Notes: generated from the sequence alone by a model not told the origin. A DNA stretch of 64,000 bases from Octopus sinensis (GCF_006345805.1 NC_043007.1:71548001-71612000); one strand, 5' to 3'. Positions 39,457 through 50,653 are shown, counted from the stretch's first letter. Numbers and translations: made by a program.

Positions 39457-40509
39457 ATATATATATATATATTATATGTATATATATATATATATGTATG
39501 TATTTGTATGTAGGTGTATATGTATGTGTGTATATATATTTATTGGTGTATATGTATAGACTAGCCTTCTAAGAGTGTAGACATGAATCTGTAGGTACGC
39601 GTACATATGTGTATATACGTGAATGTATGTAGATGTATGTATGTATGAATATAACGCGTGCGTGCGTGTATGCGTATGAGTGTACGAATGAGTGAGTGTG
39701 CGTGCTAATGAGTGTGCGTGCGTGAATGAGTGCTTGTTTTCAAGTAGAAAGATAAGTGAACTTGCTGTCATAGCCAAGATGCTTGTGACCAGCGGTCAAA
39801 GATACACAAAGTAATAAAGATAAATAAAATTAATAAAATTGGGAATGGGTCTGTATTTGTATGTAAATGTGTGTGTTGTGTAGGTATGTATAGGTACACA
39901 TATGTATATATATATATATGTATATATGTATATGTGTGTATGTGTATATATGTGTATATAGGGACTTGTGTGTGTGTGTGCATGTGTGTATGTGGATATG
40001 TGTGTGTATGCGTGTATGTGTATGTGTGTGTATGTATATATTTTTATGTGTGTATTGTATGTGTTGTCGTGTGTGTATATATACATGTGTGTGTGTATAT
40101 GTGTATGCATATGTGTGTGTGTGTGTTGTATATATATGTATATATATATGTGTGTATATATAGATATATATATATATGTATATATATGTGTAGATATATG
40201 TATGTGTATATATATATATATATATATGTGTGTGTTGTATGTATGTGTGTATGTATATGTGTGTGTGTGTGTGTATATATGTATACATATGTGTATAGGT
40301 ATAAGTGAGAATCTCCTTATTTACCTAAAACTCGATTCTTTTATATATTTTTTTATTCTTTTATTATTCTTTTATCTAATTTACCACTGACTCCTTGACC
40401 ACTCCCCCAAGTATGATATTTTGCGCTATGCCTACCCCCAAAAAGTCCCCCACCACCACCCCTTTAAACCTGCCTAAATGTATAAATGCCAATACAATTC
40501 TTGTTAACT

Positions 40510-40560
40510 AGCTTCCTGAAGATTTCTCTTGAATGAAACAGTTCTAGTCCTGTAGAAGCT
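40510..40560 (+). ncRNA. Type I hammerhead ribozyme motif
   Basis: AGCTTC-CTGAAGA-tTTC..GAAt-GAAA-CAG-ttctagtc-CTG-TA-GAAGCT; 6-bp stem I, ACAG/CTGT stem III, GUA triplet, followed by AATAAA. Confidence 0.78.
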
Positions 40561-40669
40561 CCTTCTATATAATAAATTAATTTTACTCTGCTATGTATTG
40601 AGTACCTTATTTACTGTGGTTAACCCCAAATCAACCCGGGACATACATATATATATATATATATATAGA

Positions 40670-41016
40670 TAAGAAAGTTGGTTTGTGAAAGCACGTGAGT
40701 GAATATATAAAAAATAGTAAAGAGTGAAAAAACGACAGAAGGCTTAAATGTTAAAAAATATATATATTTGCGTCAATATGTCTGAAGAATATTAGAAAAT
40801 TTTTTAAACAAATTTTTTTTCCTTTATAATGACATAATTTTTAAAGAAAGACCGGTTTCGCATTTAGCTTTTCAAATTTCTTGTGACTTTAAAAATTATG
40901 TCATTATAAAGGAAAAACAATTTTTTTTAAAAATTTTCTAATATTCTTCAGACATATTGATGCAAATATATATATTTTTTAACATTTAAGCCTACTGTCG
41001 TTTTTTCACTCTTTAC

Positions 41017-41030
<14 letters not shown>
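40670..41030 (-). mobile_element. Fold-back element with HHR in its loop
   Basis: About 140-bp arms (40703-40846 and 40887-41030); tail on the left; within (TA)n. Confidence 0.7.
40844..40882 (-). ncRNA. Minimal hammerhead motif, U3-A8 core variant
   Basis: AAGAAA-t-TTGAAAA-GC taaat GC-GAAA-CCGG-TC-TTTCTT. Confidence 0.55.
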
Positions 41031-41057
<27 letters not shown>

Positions 41058-41284
41058 TTAATAAGGGTGAGAGAATTAGATACTAATTTAATAGTATATC
41101 TATTATTAATTAATATAATTATGCTACATTTATTCTAAATGCAGTCTTTGTTTTCCGTGAAAGTTTGGCGCGCTGTTAGTTGGGGCATTTGAATTATAAC
41201 GTCGGATGTAATCAATTGAACCACACGCGTATTTATCGTTATGGTAAAATCTGGCGTGTGATTGAGTGGATTTCATCCAGATAG

Positions 41285-41364
41285 TTTTGGCTGACGAGCT
41301 ACAAGTGGATTTTTTTGTAAGTAAAATACATTTAATTCATTAATAGCGAAACATTGTCCCAAAA
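41285..41364 (+). ncRNA. Canonical type I hammerhead ribozyme
   Basis: TTTTGG-CTGACGA-GCTA..TAGC-GAAA-CATTG-TC-CCAAAA; all core bases present, GUC triplet. Confidence 0.85.
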
Positions 41365-41814
41365 TAATCTGTATTTTTGTTATTTTTTATTTGCCCTGTC
41401 CGTGTGAGCTAACAATCGTATTGACTTTCATGGGAAACATGTATTTTTGTGGTTGAAACCTTTTGGATTAACTGGTGCTAGAGTGAGCCATATAGTGACC
41501 ACTCTCTTATATTTATTATATATATATATATATATACATATCTTCAGTGAGATTTGTTGAGAGAAGAAAACTTTGAAGTGGCCTTCTGCACCACGTAAAT
41601 GGATTTTTTTGATTTTTGCCTTCAACCACATCTCACAGCTCCACTCTTGGGAGATTAGATCTGAGATCTTTTTCGCCTCCTCCAGTAAATAAACTGAGTA
41701 TTGAGTGAAAACCCTGTCATGAATGGGAGCTATGCAGTGTTTCATCTTGATTGCTTTGCTATTGAAGAGAACCACTACATTCCCCATCTGTCTAGCTACA
41801 TATATCTATACACA

Positions 41815-42033
41815 CAAGGAGGTGCTGAAAAGTTTGTGGTTTTAAATGTATCACACAAGGCCTGATTGGAAGCCCAACCTTGCAAGTTCTTTTACAGGGC
41901 TTAGAAAAACTGAAAGGCCACTGCAATAAGTGTATGAATCTGAGAAGGGAATATGTTGAATAAAATCATAATTAATTGATCCTCCTGCATTTTCTTTTAC
42001 CCAAAGCAAGGAACTTTACAGCATCCTCTCATA
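41815..42033. mobile_element. Mariner-type MITE
   Basis: Imperfect TIRs GAGGTGCTGAAAAGTT / AACTTTACAGCATCCTC. Confidence 0.55.
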
Positions 42034-42040
42034 TGTCTGC

Positions 42041-42274
42041 AGGTGGCGAGCTGGCAGAAACGTTAGCACGCCTGGCGAAATGTGTAGCCGTATTTCATCT
42101 GCCGTTACGTTCTGAGTTCAAATTCCACAGAGGTCGACTTTGCCTTTTATCCTTTCGGGGGGTCAATAAATTAAGTACCAGTTATGCACTGGGGTCAATG
42201 TAATCGACTTAATCCCTTTGTCTGTCCTTGTTTGTCCCCTCTGTGTTTAGTACCTTATGGGTAGTAAAGAAATA
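42041..42274 (+). mobile_element. tRNA-derived SINE family B (copies about 9330-9485, 10800-11012, 18253-18459, 24410-24597, 32053-32271, 32620-32830, 47425-47630, 53347-53550)
   Basis: GGCGAGCTGGCAGAA..GAGTTCAAATTCC..GTCGACTTTGCCTTT..AAGTACCAG. Confidence 0.8.
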
Positions 42275-42551
42275 TATATTTCTTCAAGGACTCTTTCCAC
42301 CTGCATTTGTGAAGCTGATTCTAAGCGTCAGGTTTTAGCAAACATACACCAATAGATGACTGTTTTTCCTGGCAGATTTTGCCAAATTTCAGCTGATACA
42401 ACTTCTGCTCTCTTCTATTCAATTTCACAAGTTGTTTAACTTTTATGAGTTTTGTGATTTTGTCAGCTAATGGAAAGTTACACAACTGCCTTGATTTCAT
42501 TACCATCAAAGCAAAAGATCAATTGCTCATGAGGTTGCCCTCACTACTGTT

Positions 42552-42643
42552 TCTCGCATAGCTCAGTCTGTAGAACATCAGACTTTTATATACTGACATT
42601 GGAAGTTATCTGAGGGTCGCGGGTTTGAGTCCCTCTGCGGGCG
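42552..42643 (+). tRNA. Intron-containing tRNA-Lys(UUU), probably a pseudogene
   Basis: TAGCTCAGTC..TAGA.CATCAGACTTTTA, 19-nt insert (42589-42607), then ATCTGAGGGTCGCGGGTTTGAGTCCCTCTGCGGGCG; mismatches in acceptor stem, D arm and T loop. Confidence 0.8.
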
Positions 42644-43467
42644 TATATTTGTTTGTGCTGGTGGCACGTAAGAGAACCATCCGAACGTGGCCGTTGCCAG
42701 CGCCGCCCCGGCTGGCCTCCATGCCGGTGGCATGGAAAAAGCAGCATCCGATTGTGGCCGTTGCCAGCCTCATCTGGCCCCCGTGCCGGTGGCACATAAA
42801 AAGCACCATCTGATCGTGGCCATTTGCCAGCCTCGTCTGGCACCTGTGCAGGTGGCACATAAAAAGCACCCACTACACTCTCGGAGTGGTTGGCGTTAGG
42901 AAGGGCATCCAGCTGTAGAAACACTGCCAGATCAGACTGGGCCTGGTGCAGCCATCTGGGTTGAACTGTCCAACTCATGCTAGCATGGAAAGCGGACATT
43001 AAACGATGATGATGATGTTATTGTTGTTGTTGCTGCTGCTGCTGCTACCTTTGTTCTCCAGTAAATGAGTTAGACCTTGAAACATAATCTTTTACCCTTC
43101 CACTTCACAGGTACTTCTGTGACACTTGTCAGTCTTATTAATGTTGCTGTTTTCCCTGCTGCTGTTGACAGTGGCAAATATCACACTTACATCATTTCTA
43201 TTTTTTATTTTGCTTATCACAGCTGCCGTTACTACTGCTGCTGCTGCTGCTGGTATTTGCTAGTGTCTGCTCAATGCATAGTGGAAAGAAACTGTCACCA
43301 GCCCTCACCTGTTTCCTAATTAGGTAATATTTTATTACCTGACAAGTTCCCATGAAAGACACTACTTGCATGATAGTGGCTCTCATTTACAACTATCACA
43401 TAAAAGTAAAGAAACAGTAATACATACTTACACTGATATATACATACATACATACATACATACATAC

Positions 43468-43500
<33 letters not shown>

Positions 43501-43699
43501 CATTAACATATATATATATATATATATATATGTAGATTGAGAGAGAGAGAGAGAATGAAGTTACATAGCTCAGTGGTTAGAGTGTCGAGCTTATGATCAT
43601 GAGGTTGTGCGTTCAATTCCCAGACCGGGCTGTGTCTTGTGTTCTTGAGCAAGACATTTTATTTCTGATCCACTCTCGAATGGTGCTTATTGCCTGCCA

Positions 43700-44680
43700 C
43701 CAGTATGGGAGCCAACTAGGCAGCAATGGAATCTTCCACAACTACAATTTCCATTTGATTGTGATTTGATTTGATTTCTATTTTGATTTTTCTTGACTCA
43801 ATAGGTCTCCTCAAGCATGGAATGTCACCCAATGATTCAAAGGTACTTTTTAAGTGGGTTGGTTATGTGACACTGGTGTAGGCTATGGCTGTGATCTCAC
43901 TTTACTTGCCAGGTCTTCTCAATCACAGCATATCTCCAGAGGTTTCAGTCTTTTATCATTGCCTCTGTGAGGCCCAATATTTGAAGGTCATGCTTCACCA
44001 CCTCATCCCATGTCTTCCTGTGTCTCCCTCTTTCGCAGGTTTCTTCCACTGTTAGGGAGTGACACTTCTTCACACAGCTCTCCTCGTCCATATGCAGCAC
44101 ATGACTAATTCAGTGCAGTTGTCTTTCTTGCACACCACATCTGATACGTCTTATGCCCAACATTTCTCTCAAGGTGCTTACACTCTGTCATGTGTGCACA
44201 CTGACGTTACACATCCAGTGGATCATACTAGCTTCATTTCTTTCATGTAGTCACGGCCCATGTTTCACTGCTGTGTAGCATGGCAGTTCACACACATGCA
44301 TCATACAATCTACCTTTCACTCTAAGCGAGAGGCCCTTTGTCACCAGTAGAGGCAGGAGCTTTCTGAACTTTGCCCAGGCTATTCTTATTCTAGTGACAA
44401 CACTCTCCAAGCATCCACCACGACTACAGACTTGGTAGCCTAGGTAGCAGAAGCTATCAACTACTTCTAGTTTCCCCTCCTGGCATGTGATGGAATCAGT
44501 TTTCTGATCACCTGTGGTGCTTGTTGCCTCTGTGCATCTGCCGCACACAAAAGCTATCTTCTTGGTGACCTTCCTTTTGTGTCCATAGTTTACACTGGGT
44601 ACATCTTATGGAGTTTCTACCTACATCTTTGCTACAGATTGAGCAGGGCCATCTACCTGAAGGGGTTTGTGATGTGTTCA
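43700..44680 (-). mobile_element. RTE-like LINE 3' fragment
   Basis: LEVVDSFCYLG...RIRIAWAKFRKLLPLL..KGRLYDACV and GRPRKTW-like region; Cys-rich segment upstream. Confidence 0.85.
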
Positions 44681-45460
44681 CTTCCCTCAGTATGTATATA
44701 AATATATATATATGCATATATATATATAATGTATAGTTATATATACATAGGTGGGGTGTGACTGTGTGCTAAGAAGCTTGCTTGCCAACCATATAGTTCC
44801 AGGTTCAATCCTTGGGCAAGTGTCTTCTACTATACCCTTGTGCCAACCAAAGCAATATCAATGGATTTGGTTGACAGAAACTGAATGAAGTATGTCCTAT
44901 ATATATGTATTATGTGTATGTATTTGTGTCTGTGTTTGTTACTCCCCACTGTCGCTTAGAAACCAATGTTGGTGTGTTTACATTCCTGTAACTTAGCAGT
45001 TTGGCAAAAGATATCGATAGAATAAGTACCAGGCTTACAAAGAATAAGTCCAGGGGTTGATTTCTTCAACTAAAAGATGGTGTTCCAGCATGGCCACACT
45101 CAAATGGTAAAAGAGTAATATATATATATATACATATATATATCATCATCAGCAGCATCATCGTTTAATGTCCGTTTTCCATGCTAGCATGGGTTGGATG
45201 GTTCGACTGGGGTCTGGGAAGCCAGGTGGCTGCACCAGGCTCCAGTCTGATCTGGCAGTGTTTCTATAGCTGGATGCCCTTCCTAACGCCAACCACTCCA
45301 TGAGTGTAGTGGGTGCTTTTTAGGTGCCACTGGCACAGAGGCCAGAGGAGGCTGGCAAACAGCCATGATCGGTTGGTGCTTTTTACGTGTCACCGACACA
45401 GACGGCAGTCAGGCAGCGCTGGCATCTGCCACGTTTGGACGGTGCTTTTAATGTGTCAAC

Positions 45461-45952
45461 TTGAAAGTGCATATTCTCAGAAAATATTCTGAATCTGCTT
45501 CATTTTCACTTCTCAGAATGTATGAGGAGAAATATGTTTGCAGGTTATTAACATCACACCCTGGAGGAATGAATAAGATGACAGGAGAATATCATCAAAT
45601 TTATACAAAACTGTTTGATTAAATATTCTTCTTTCTCTCTTTTTCTTTCCTTTTTTTTCTGTCGTCTTCGTTTTTCTGTTTTTTTCTGTCTTTTTCTTTT
45701 CACCTGATATAAAATTGTAACTTAAAAACTGATGATGTCATTCCATCAACATGTGGACACTGGTTGCTCTCGTTCATACCTTACGTTTAAATTTCTGTAA
45801 TTTTGAATTTTTATCACTTCTTATTTTGGACTTGACAAAGACAGACATACTGTTGAAATATCGTTCAACTAATAAAATATCTTACAATTGAATCGTGCTC
45901 TTCGTCTTGACTGTTTACCTTTGTGAAGAGTTACATCAATCCTTTTGAAAAT
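45461..45952 (+). mobile_element. Penelope/Neptune-like element 3' end (GIY-YIG C-terminus plus pLTR)
   Basis: Open frame 45461-45622 LKVHILRKY..LLRMYEEKYVCRLLTSHPGGMNKMTG..LFD*, resembling the E....L.T..P.GLN end of PLE endonucleases; HHR downstream. Confidence 0.65.
45826..45868 (+). ncRNA. Minimal hammerhead motif, U3-A8 core variant
   Basis: TTGGAC-TTGACAA-a-GACAG..CTGTT-GAAA-TA-TC-GTTCAA, followed by AATAAA. Confidence 0.65.
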
Positions 45953-45980
45953 ATAATAATGATAATAGTGATAATAATAA

Positions 45981-46500
45981 TGCCATACCAGACAATGGCT
46001 CTTATGGCTTCTGATCTTTATTGATTAGAAGTGCTATCATCTACATGTTTTGCCTTTGTATAAAAGATGCACCACAGAAAATATTCTGCTCAACACCTCA
46101 GATTTGCTTGTTATTTGTTTGACTGTAACCAGTTGAGCATGTTCCTTGGTGGCTGATGATATGTACATCTCTGATCATGAGCAGAAGTAGTAGGGGAGCA
46201 TCATAGCCAGGAATTTTGTGGGGTTTGAATAATTCACCTCTGAAAACATGGGTGCTCTGCTCTTCATCCTTAAACAAACCTTATTCAGGAACCTTTTGAG
46301 TGGGATGGGCCACTCGACCTGAAGAAAATTTTAACTGAGCCCCACCTGCAAGGTCATGTGTAGTTTATCTTGATATATGGTTGTGGTGCATGTGCCTGGT
46401 GTACCCTATCAGATAGGTATATTGGGCTTCTTATACTTGTATCCCAGTGAGACTTTGATGGCATGCATCGCTCTCTCACACAATGATAATAATGATGATG

Positions 46501-46539
<39 letters not shown>

Positions 46540-47124
46540 TAATCATAATAATAATGCCCTGATGCAGTGAATGCTCTGATGCAGTACCAGACAGTCGCTC
46601 TCATGGCTTCTGATCCTAACTGATTGGAAGTGTTATCATGTACATTGTTTTGTCTTGGTATAAAAGATGGGCTACAGCAAATATTCTGCTCAATACCACA
46701 GATTTGCTTGTCAGTTGTTTGACCTTAACCAGTTGATCATGTCTTTTAGTGGCTGACGATATGTGCATCTCTGACCATGAGCAGAAGTAGTGGGGCAGCA
46801 TCATAGCCATGTGTTGAAAAGAGTTCTTGGAGGTTTGGATAATTCACCTTTGGAAACAGGTGGTTCGTTCAATATCCTTAAACAATCCTTATTCAGGGAC
46901 CTTTTGAGCATGATGGGCTATATGACCAGAAGAAAATTCTAACTGGGCCCCACCTGCAAGGTCATGTGCTGTTTATCTTGATATGAGATCACCATGTCAT
47001 GCACATATGGTTGTAATGCGTGTGCCTGGTGTACTCTTATCAGACAAGTAGTCATGATGCATATACTGGGCTTCGTATATTTTACCTCAGAGTCACTTTG
47101 ATAGCATGCACTGCTCTCTCACTC
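45981..47124. repeat. Two tandem diverged copies of a 500-570 bp element embedded in (AAT)n
   Basis: 45981-46483 and 46556-47124 align end to end; each bounded by (AAT)n. Confidence 0.8.
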
Positions 47125-47171
<47 letters not shown>

Positions 47172-47368
47172 TAATAATAATAATAATCATCGTTTAACGT
47201 CTGCTTTCCATGCTAGCATAGGTTGGATGATTTTGACTGAGGGCTGGCAAACTAGATGGCTGCACCAGTCTCCAATCTTAATCTGGCAGAGTTTCTACAG
47301 CTGGATGCCCTTCCTAACGCCAACCACTCCAAGTGTGTAGTGGGTGCTTTTTATTATTATAATAATAA

Positions 47369-47422
<54 letters not shown>

Positions 47423-47942
47423 TTTAAGCAGAAGGCCAACAATTTTGAAGAAAGGCGATAAGTTGATGCCACTGACCCCAGTACTTGACATGTGCTTTAT
47501 TTTGATAATCTTCAAAGGATAAAAGACGAAGTTGAGCTCAACAAGATTGGAACTAAGAGAATGCTAAGAGTCAGAATAAACACCATAAAGCATTTTTCGT
47601 GATTCCCTAACAATTTTGCCAGTCAACCAATCCTTTCAGTATGCAAAGCAGATGGCAATCCAAGAATGACCCTCCTACTTCTGGAACCTGTGTATTGTAA
47701 TATTAGCCTGAGTGGATAGGCATATGATGCACCAACTCAGCCTGATTCTTGGTTTCAAACATCAGGGATATGCTCCTGTATGCTTTGCCCCAGTTGATGA
47801 AGCACATATTCTGCCACATATCAGCTAGGGCTCCCTCTGACTTGACTGTGGAGGGTATATGGAAGCCCCTCTCTCCTACCTCCTTCTTTGTTGCCCTTTC
47901 CTGGATAAATTCCTTGGATGTATGGAAAAAGAAATACCTTAC

Positions 47943-48014
47943 CTCAGCAGTCCATAAAACAGCTCGAACAGTCCTTTTAGGCCGCAGACCCAATTCATGG
48001 AGAATTGTTATAGC
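47943..48014 (-). CDS. CPQ: CPQ exon (AITILHELGLRPKRTVRAVLWTAE)
   Basis: LGLRPKRT.R.VLWTAE; tag/gtaagg; 72 nt. Confidence 0.95.
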
Positions 48015-49013
48015 CTAGAAAGTCATTTACAATAAATAATTATTTCATTTACACAAAAAAAACTACTGAAATAAAATATTTTAAACAAAAACGAATTCCC
48101 TCTTCTTAAAATTACTGGTAAATTCTTAGACTTAACAATGAATTGTATCCTTTTGAGCAAGGTGTTTCATTTCATGATCCACCAATATAAATATCTATAA
48201 AGAATATGAACTGGATACCAGTGCAGCCCTTTCTCTCCTTCCAGGTGTCACCTTCTGAATATTTCACAGGGTCAACTGTAAGAAAATTGGGAGGGCGTCT
48301 ATGTCTACCAATGACTATAGAGGTCCCTGAATCAATTAGAGAAAGCATGGTGCAACTTACCAAGCCACAAGTGATGGTTGGTTGTAGTTTAAATATGAAT
48401 TGTATCCATCTCACATTAACTCTCTCAGATCTGTGCCCTTTTGTCTAACTTAACCCTCCACCTGGTCTCCTGAGTCAAACAAAATAAATAGTTGCGTACA
48501 CAGCTCAAGAATAATGATAGATGGCAAACAAACGGATAAAATGGTTAAAAATTCAGGAGAATAACAACTATAAGTCTGTCTCTCAACTAACATATTTGTT
48601 TGCCTGAATTGCTACTTTCCTCATCTCTTTAACCAGTTTGATGTCCACATCACTCTTATTGTCTGCATAAGGATAAGTTATTCATCTTAAGAGTAAATAT
48701 CATCAATGATTTCCTTAACTGTAAAGAGTCTTGGCCTTTTTTGTTCTGGGTTCATTATGCACTCATTTCATTGCAAAAGAATCGTTCTTTTGTTATTTTA
48801 TAAGAAACAAAAATAAACAACAGCTAAGTAGGCTACTATTAACACACTTCATTACAAAGCTGCAATGTGATTGGTTGTCTATTTATAGTATTTTATCTTC
48901 TTTTTCTTGTTCATTACAGCTTTAACGGGAATCCTGTAGATCTTGGTTAGATTTAAATAGCCAATTTGGAATCTAAATAGTAACAGTACTGGATAGTTAT
49001 TTTAACTTGCCAA

Positions 49014-49440
49014 CATAATAATGTGGTAGTCCTGACTAGGACTATGTTACTACTTTTTAATCTCAGGAAAATATCTTTTCCAGCTGGTTTATTGACACAT
49101 GACCTGTGTCCTAGACATACTGCAAGCGAGGGGGTTCACTGCTCCCTTCTATCCAGCACTGAGGAAGTGAAATAACCCAGAAACCATTAGTCTGCTGGTA
49201 CTGCCAATGGCTAGAAGGGAGCAGTGAGCCCCCTTGCTTACAGTATATCTAAGACATATTTCATGTGTTGATAAATCAGGTGGAAAAGATGTTTTCCTAG
49301 GGTTAAAAAGTAGTAACATAATCCTAGTCAGGACTGCCATGTTATGTATCTAGGCTATTCCTGGTATACTGGGAACACAGCATGATAGAATTAAGCTGAA
49401 ACTAAAAGATCCCCAGTAAGGCTAAAACAAATATACAGCA
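49014..49440 (+). mobile_element. Fold-back element with HHR in its loop
   Basis: About 140-bp inverted arms (49014-49152 and 49210-49347) plus tail; right end approximate. Confidence 0.65.
49153..49198 (+). ncRNA. Type I hammerhead motif with degenerate stem II
   Basis: CCAGCA-CTGAGGA..GAAA-Ccatta-GTC-TGCTGG; perfect 6-bp stem I. Confidence 0.65.
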
Positions 49441-49911
49441 GGACATTAAACTTTCAAAATAATCTTGAAGGTAATTTGATTCGCCAATTGTTTTATGTAT
49501 GGTATATAATATCACATGACATTAAACTGCTATGCCTCTGTCCATAAAGATAAACTGACCCATTAGCGTTCAGATTACTCTGTCAAATATAATGCTTATC
49601 TATTCACAATATTCTGAATTAATCATGCATTATATCATAGCTAAAAGATTTCAATGCTGTGATTGATTATTTTTAGAATAACATTGTAGGGTAGGTGTGA
49701 AAAGCTGGATCTGACTAGTTTTTTAACATAATACATGTAGAATATTTGAGCTGGATGTGATTGGTTTAAATGCTAAAGGGTTATAGCAAAAATATTTCAA
49801 TGACAACTAAAGCAAATAAATAAATAAGATGATGTTAAACATTTATCAGAACTTATATTTTAGTAAAAATGCCAAAGTAAAAATGAATTATTAAAATTTT
49901 AAGATAAATAC

Positions 49912-49998
49912 CTGCCAGGAAATAAAGGCACCTCCCCCATCATCCATGGCTCCTTGACCAACATCCCAGCTGTCAATATGGCCACTCACTAAAACAGT
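49912..49998 (-). CDS. CPQ: CPQ exon ([29 protein letters not shown])
   Basis: M28 zinc-ligand motifs GH.DSWD and GAMDD; cag/gtattt; 87 nt. Confidence 0.97.
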
Positions 49999-50653
49999 CT
50001 GTTTAAAAATACATAAAATAGTTTAGAGTTGATGATGCTGGGAACTCAAATTATAATGAACTAATTCAATTATCAATGAACTTAATGAATGAACTAATCA
50101 AAGAATTAACCATTTAATATCTCTTCCCACTGTTTTTTTTTCTTCTTTCTCCTTTACCTACTCTTAAGTTCTTGTTGTTTGTTGATGTTTAACCCATAGT
50201 CGGCTCTGCTTGAGAAAACATTAGATCAAACGCATTCTAAATATGACCATCTTGTTCTTTATTTCAGCCATAGTGTATAGGACCACACTAACCAGTGTGT
50301 GCTTCCTATTTGGAAACAGTGGGTGTGATTCAATGAAGATTTAGTTATTATGTCTAGCAAGCAGAACAACTGTCTTCCCAGTTAGCCTTCCTTTGATATT
50401 GCTGCATCTCTTATGCGTCCATAGCTTACACTGGGTACATCTTATGGAATTTATACCTATGCCTTTTCTACAGATCAATCAGGGCCATCTACCTGATGGG
50501 ATTTGTGGTTTGTCTGCCTTCCTACTTATTAAGACTTTGGTTTTTGCTAGGTTGTCTCTAAGGCTCTTCAATTCTAGTCTTTGCTTCTACTATTTCACAA
50601 ATTTTTTCTATTTATTATTTATAGACACAAACAACTCACTCTAAATATGTACC

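Larger units (their letters stand above)
36840..40645 (+). mobile_element. 3.8-kb fold-back pLTR-like element rich in (TA/CA)n
   Basis: Arms about 36840-38277 and 39147-40576, near-identical in unique segments; terminal HHR, AATAAA and about 65-nt tail. Confidence 0.8.

Noticed and set aside
37018-40390. Many long Y/I/H/T- or C/V/M-rich ORFs
   Set aside because: Translations of (TA/CA/TG)n microsatellites
41540-41790. Possible Tc1-like transposase remnant
   Set aside because: Only a vague SDL...W motif; catalytic residues not identifiable
42586-42999. Recurrent ORFs containing FLQLDALPNANHS
   Set aside because: Antisense translation of a dispersed RTE-associated repeat present in many copies
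48206-48448. Plus-strand acceptor-like ttctctccttccag followed by an open frame
   Set aside because: No recognisable protein similarity or partner exons; antisense within a CPQ intron
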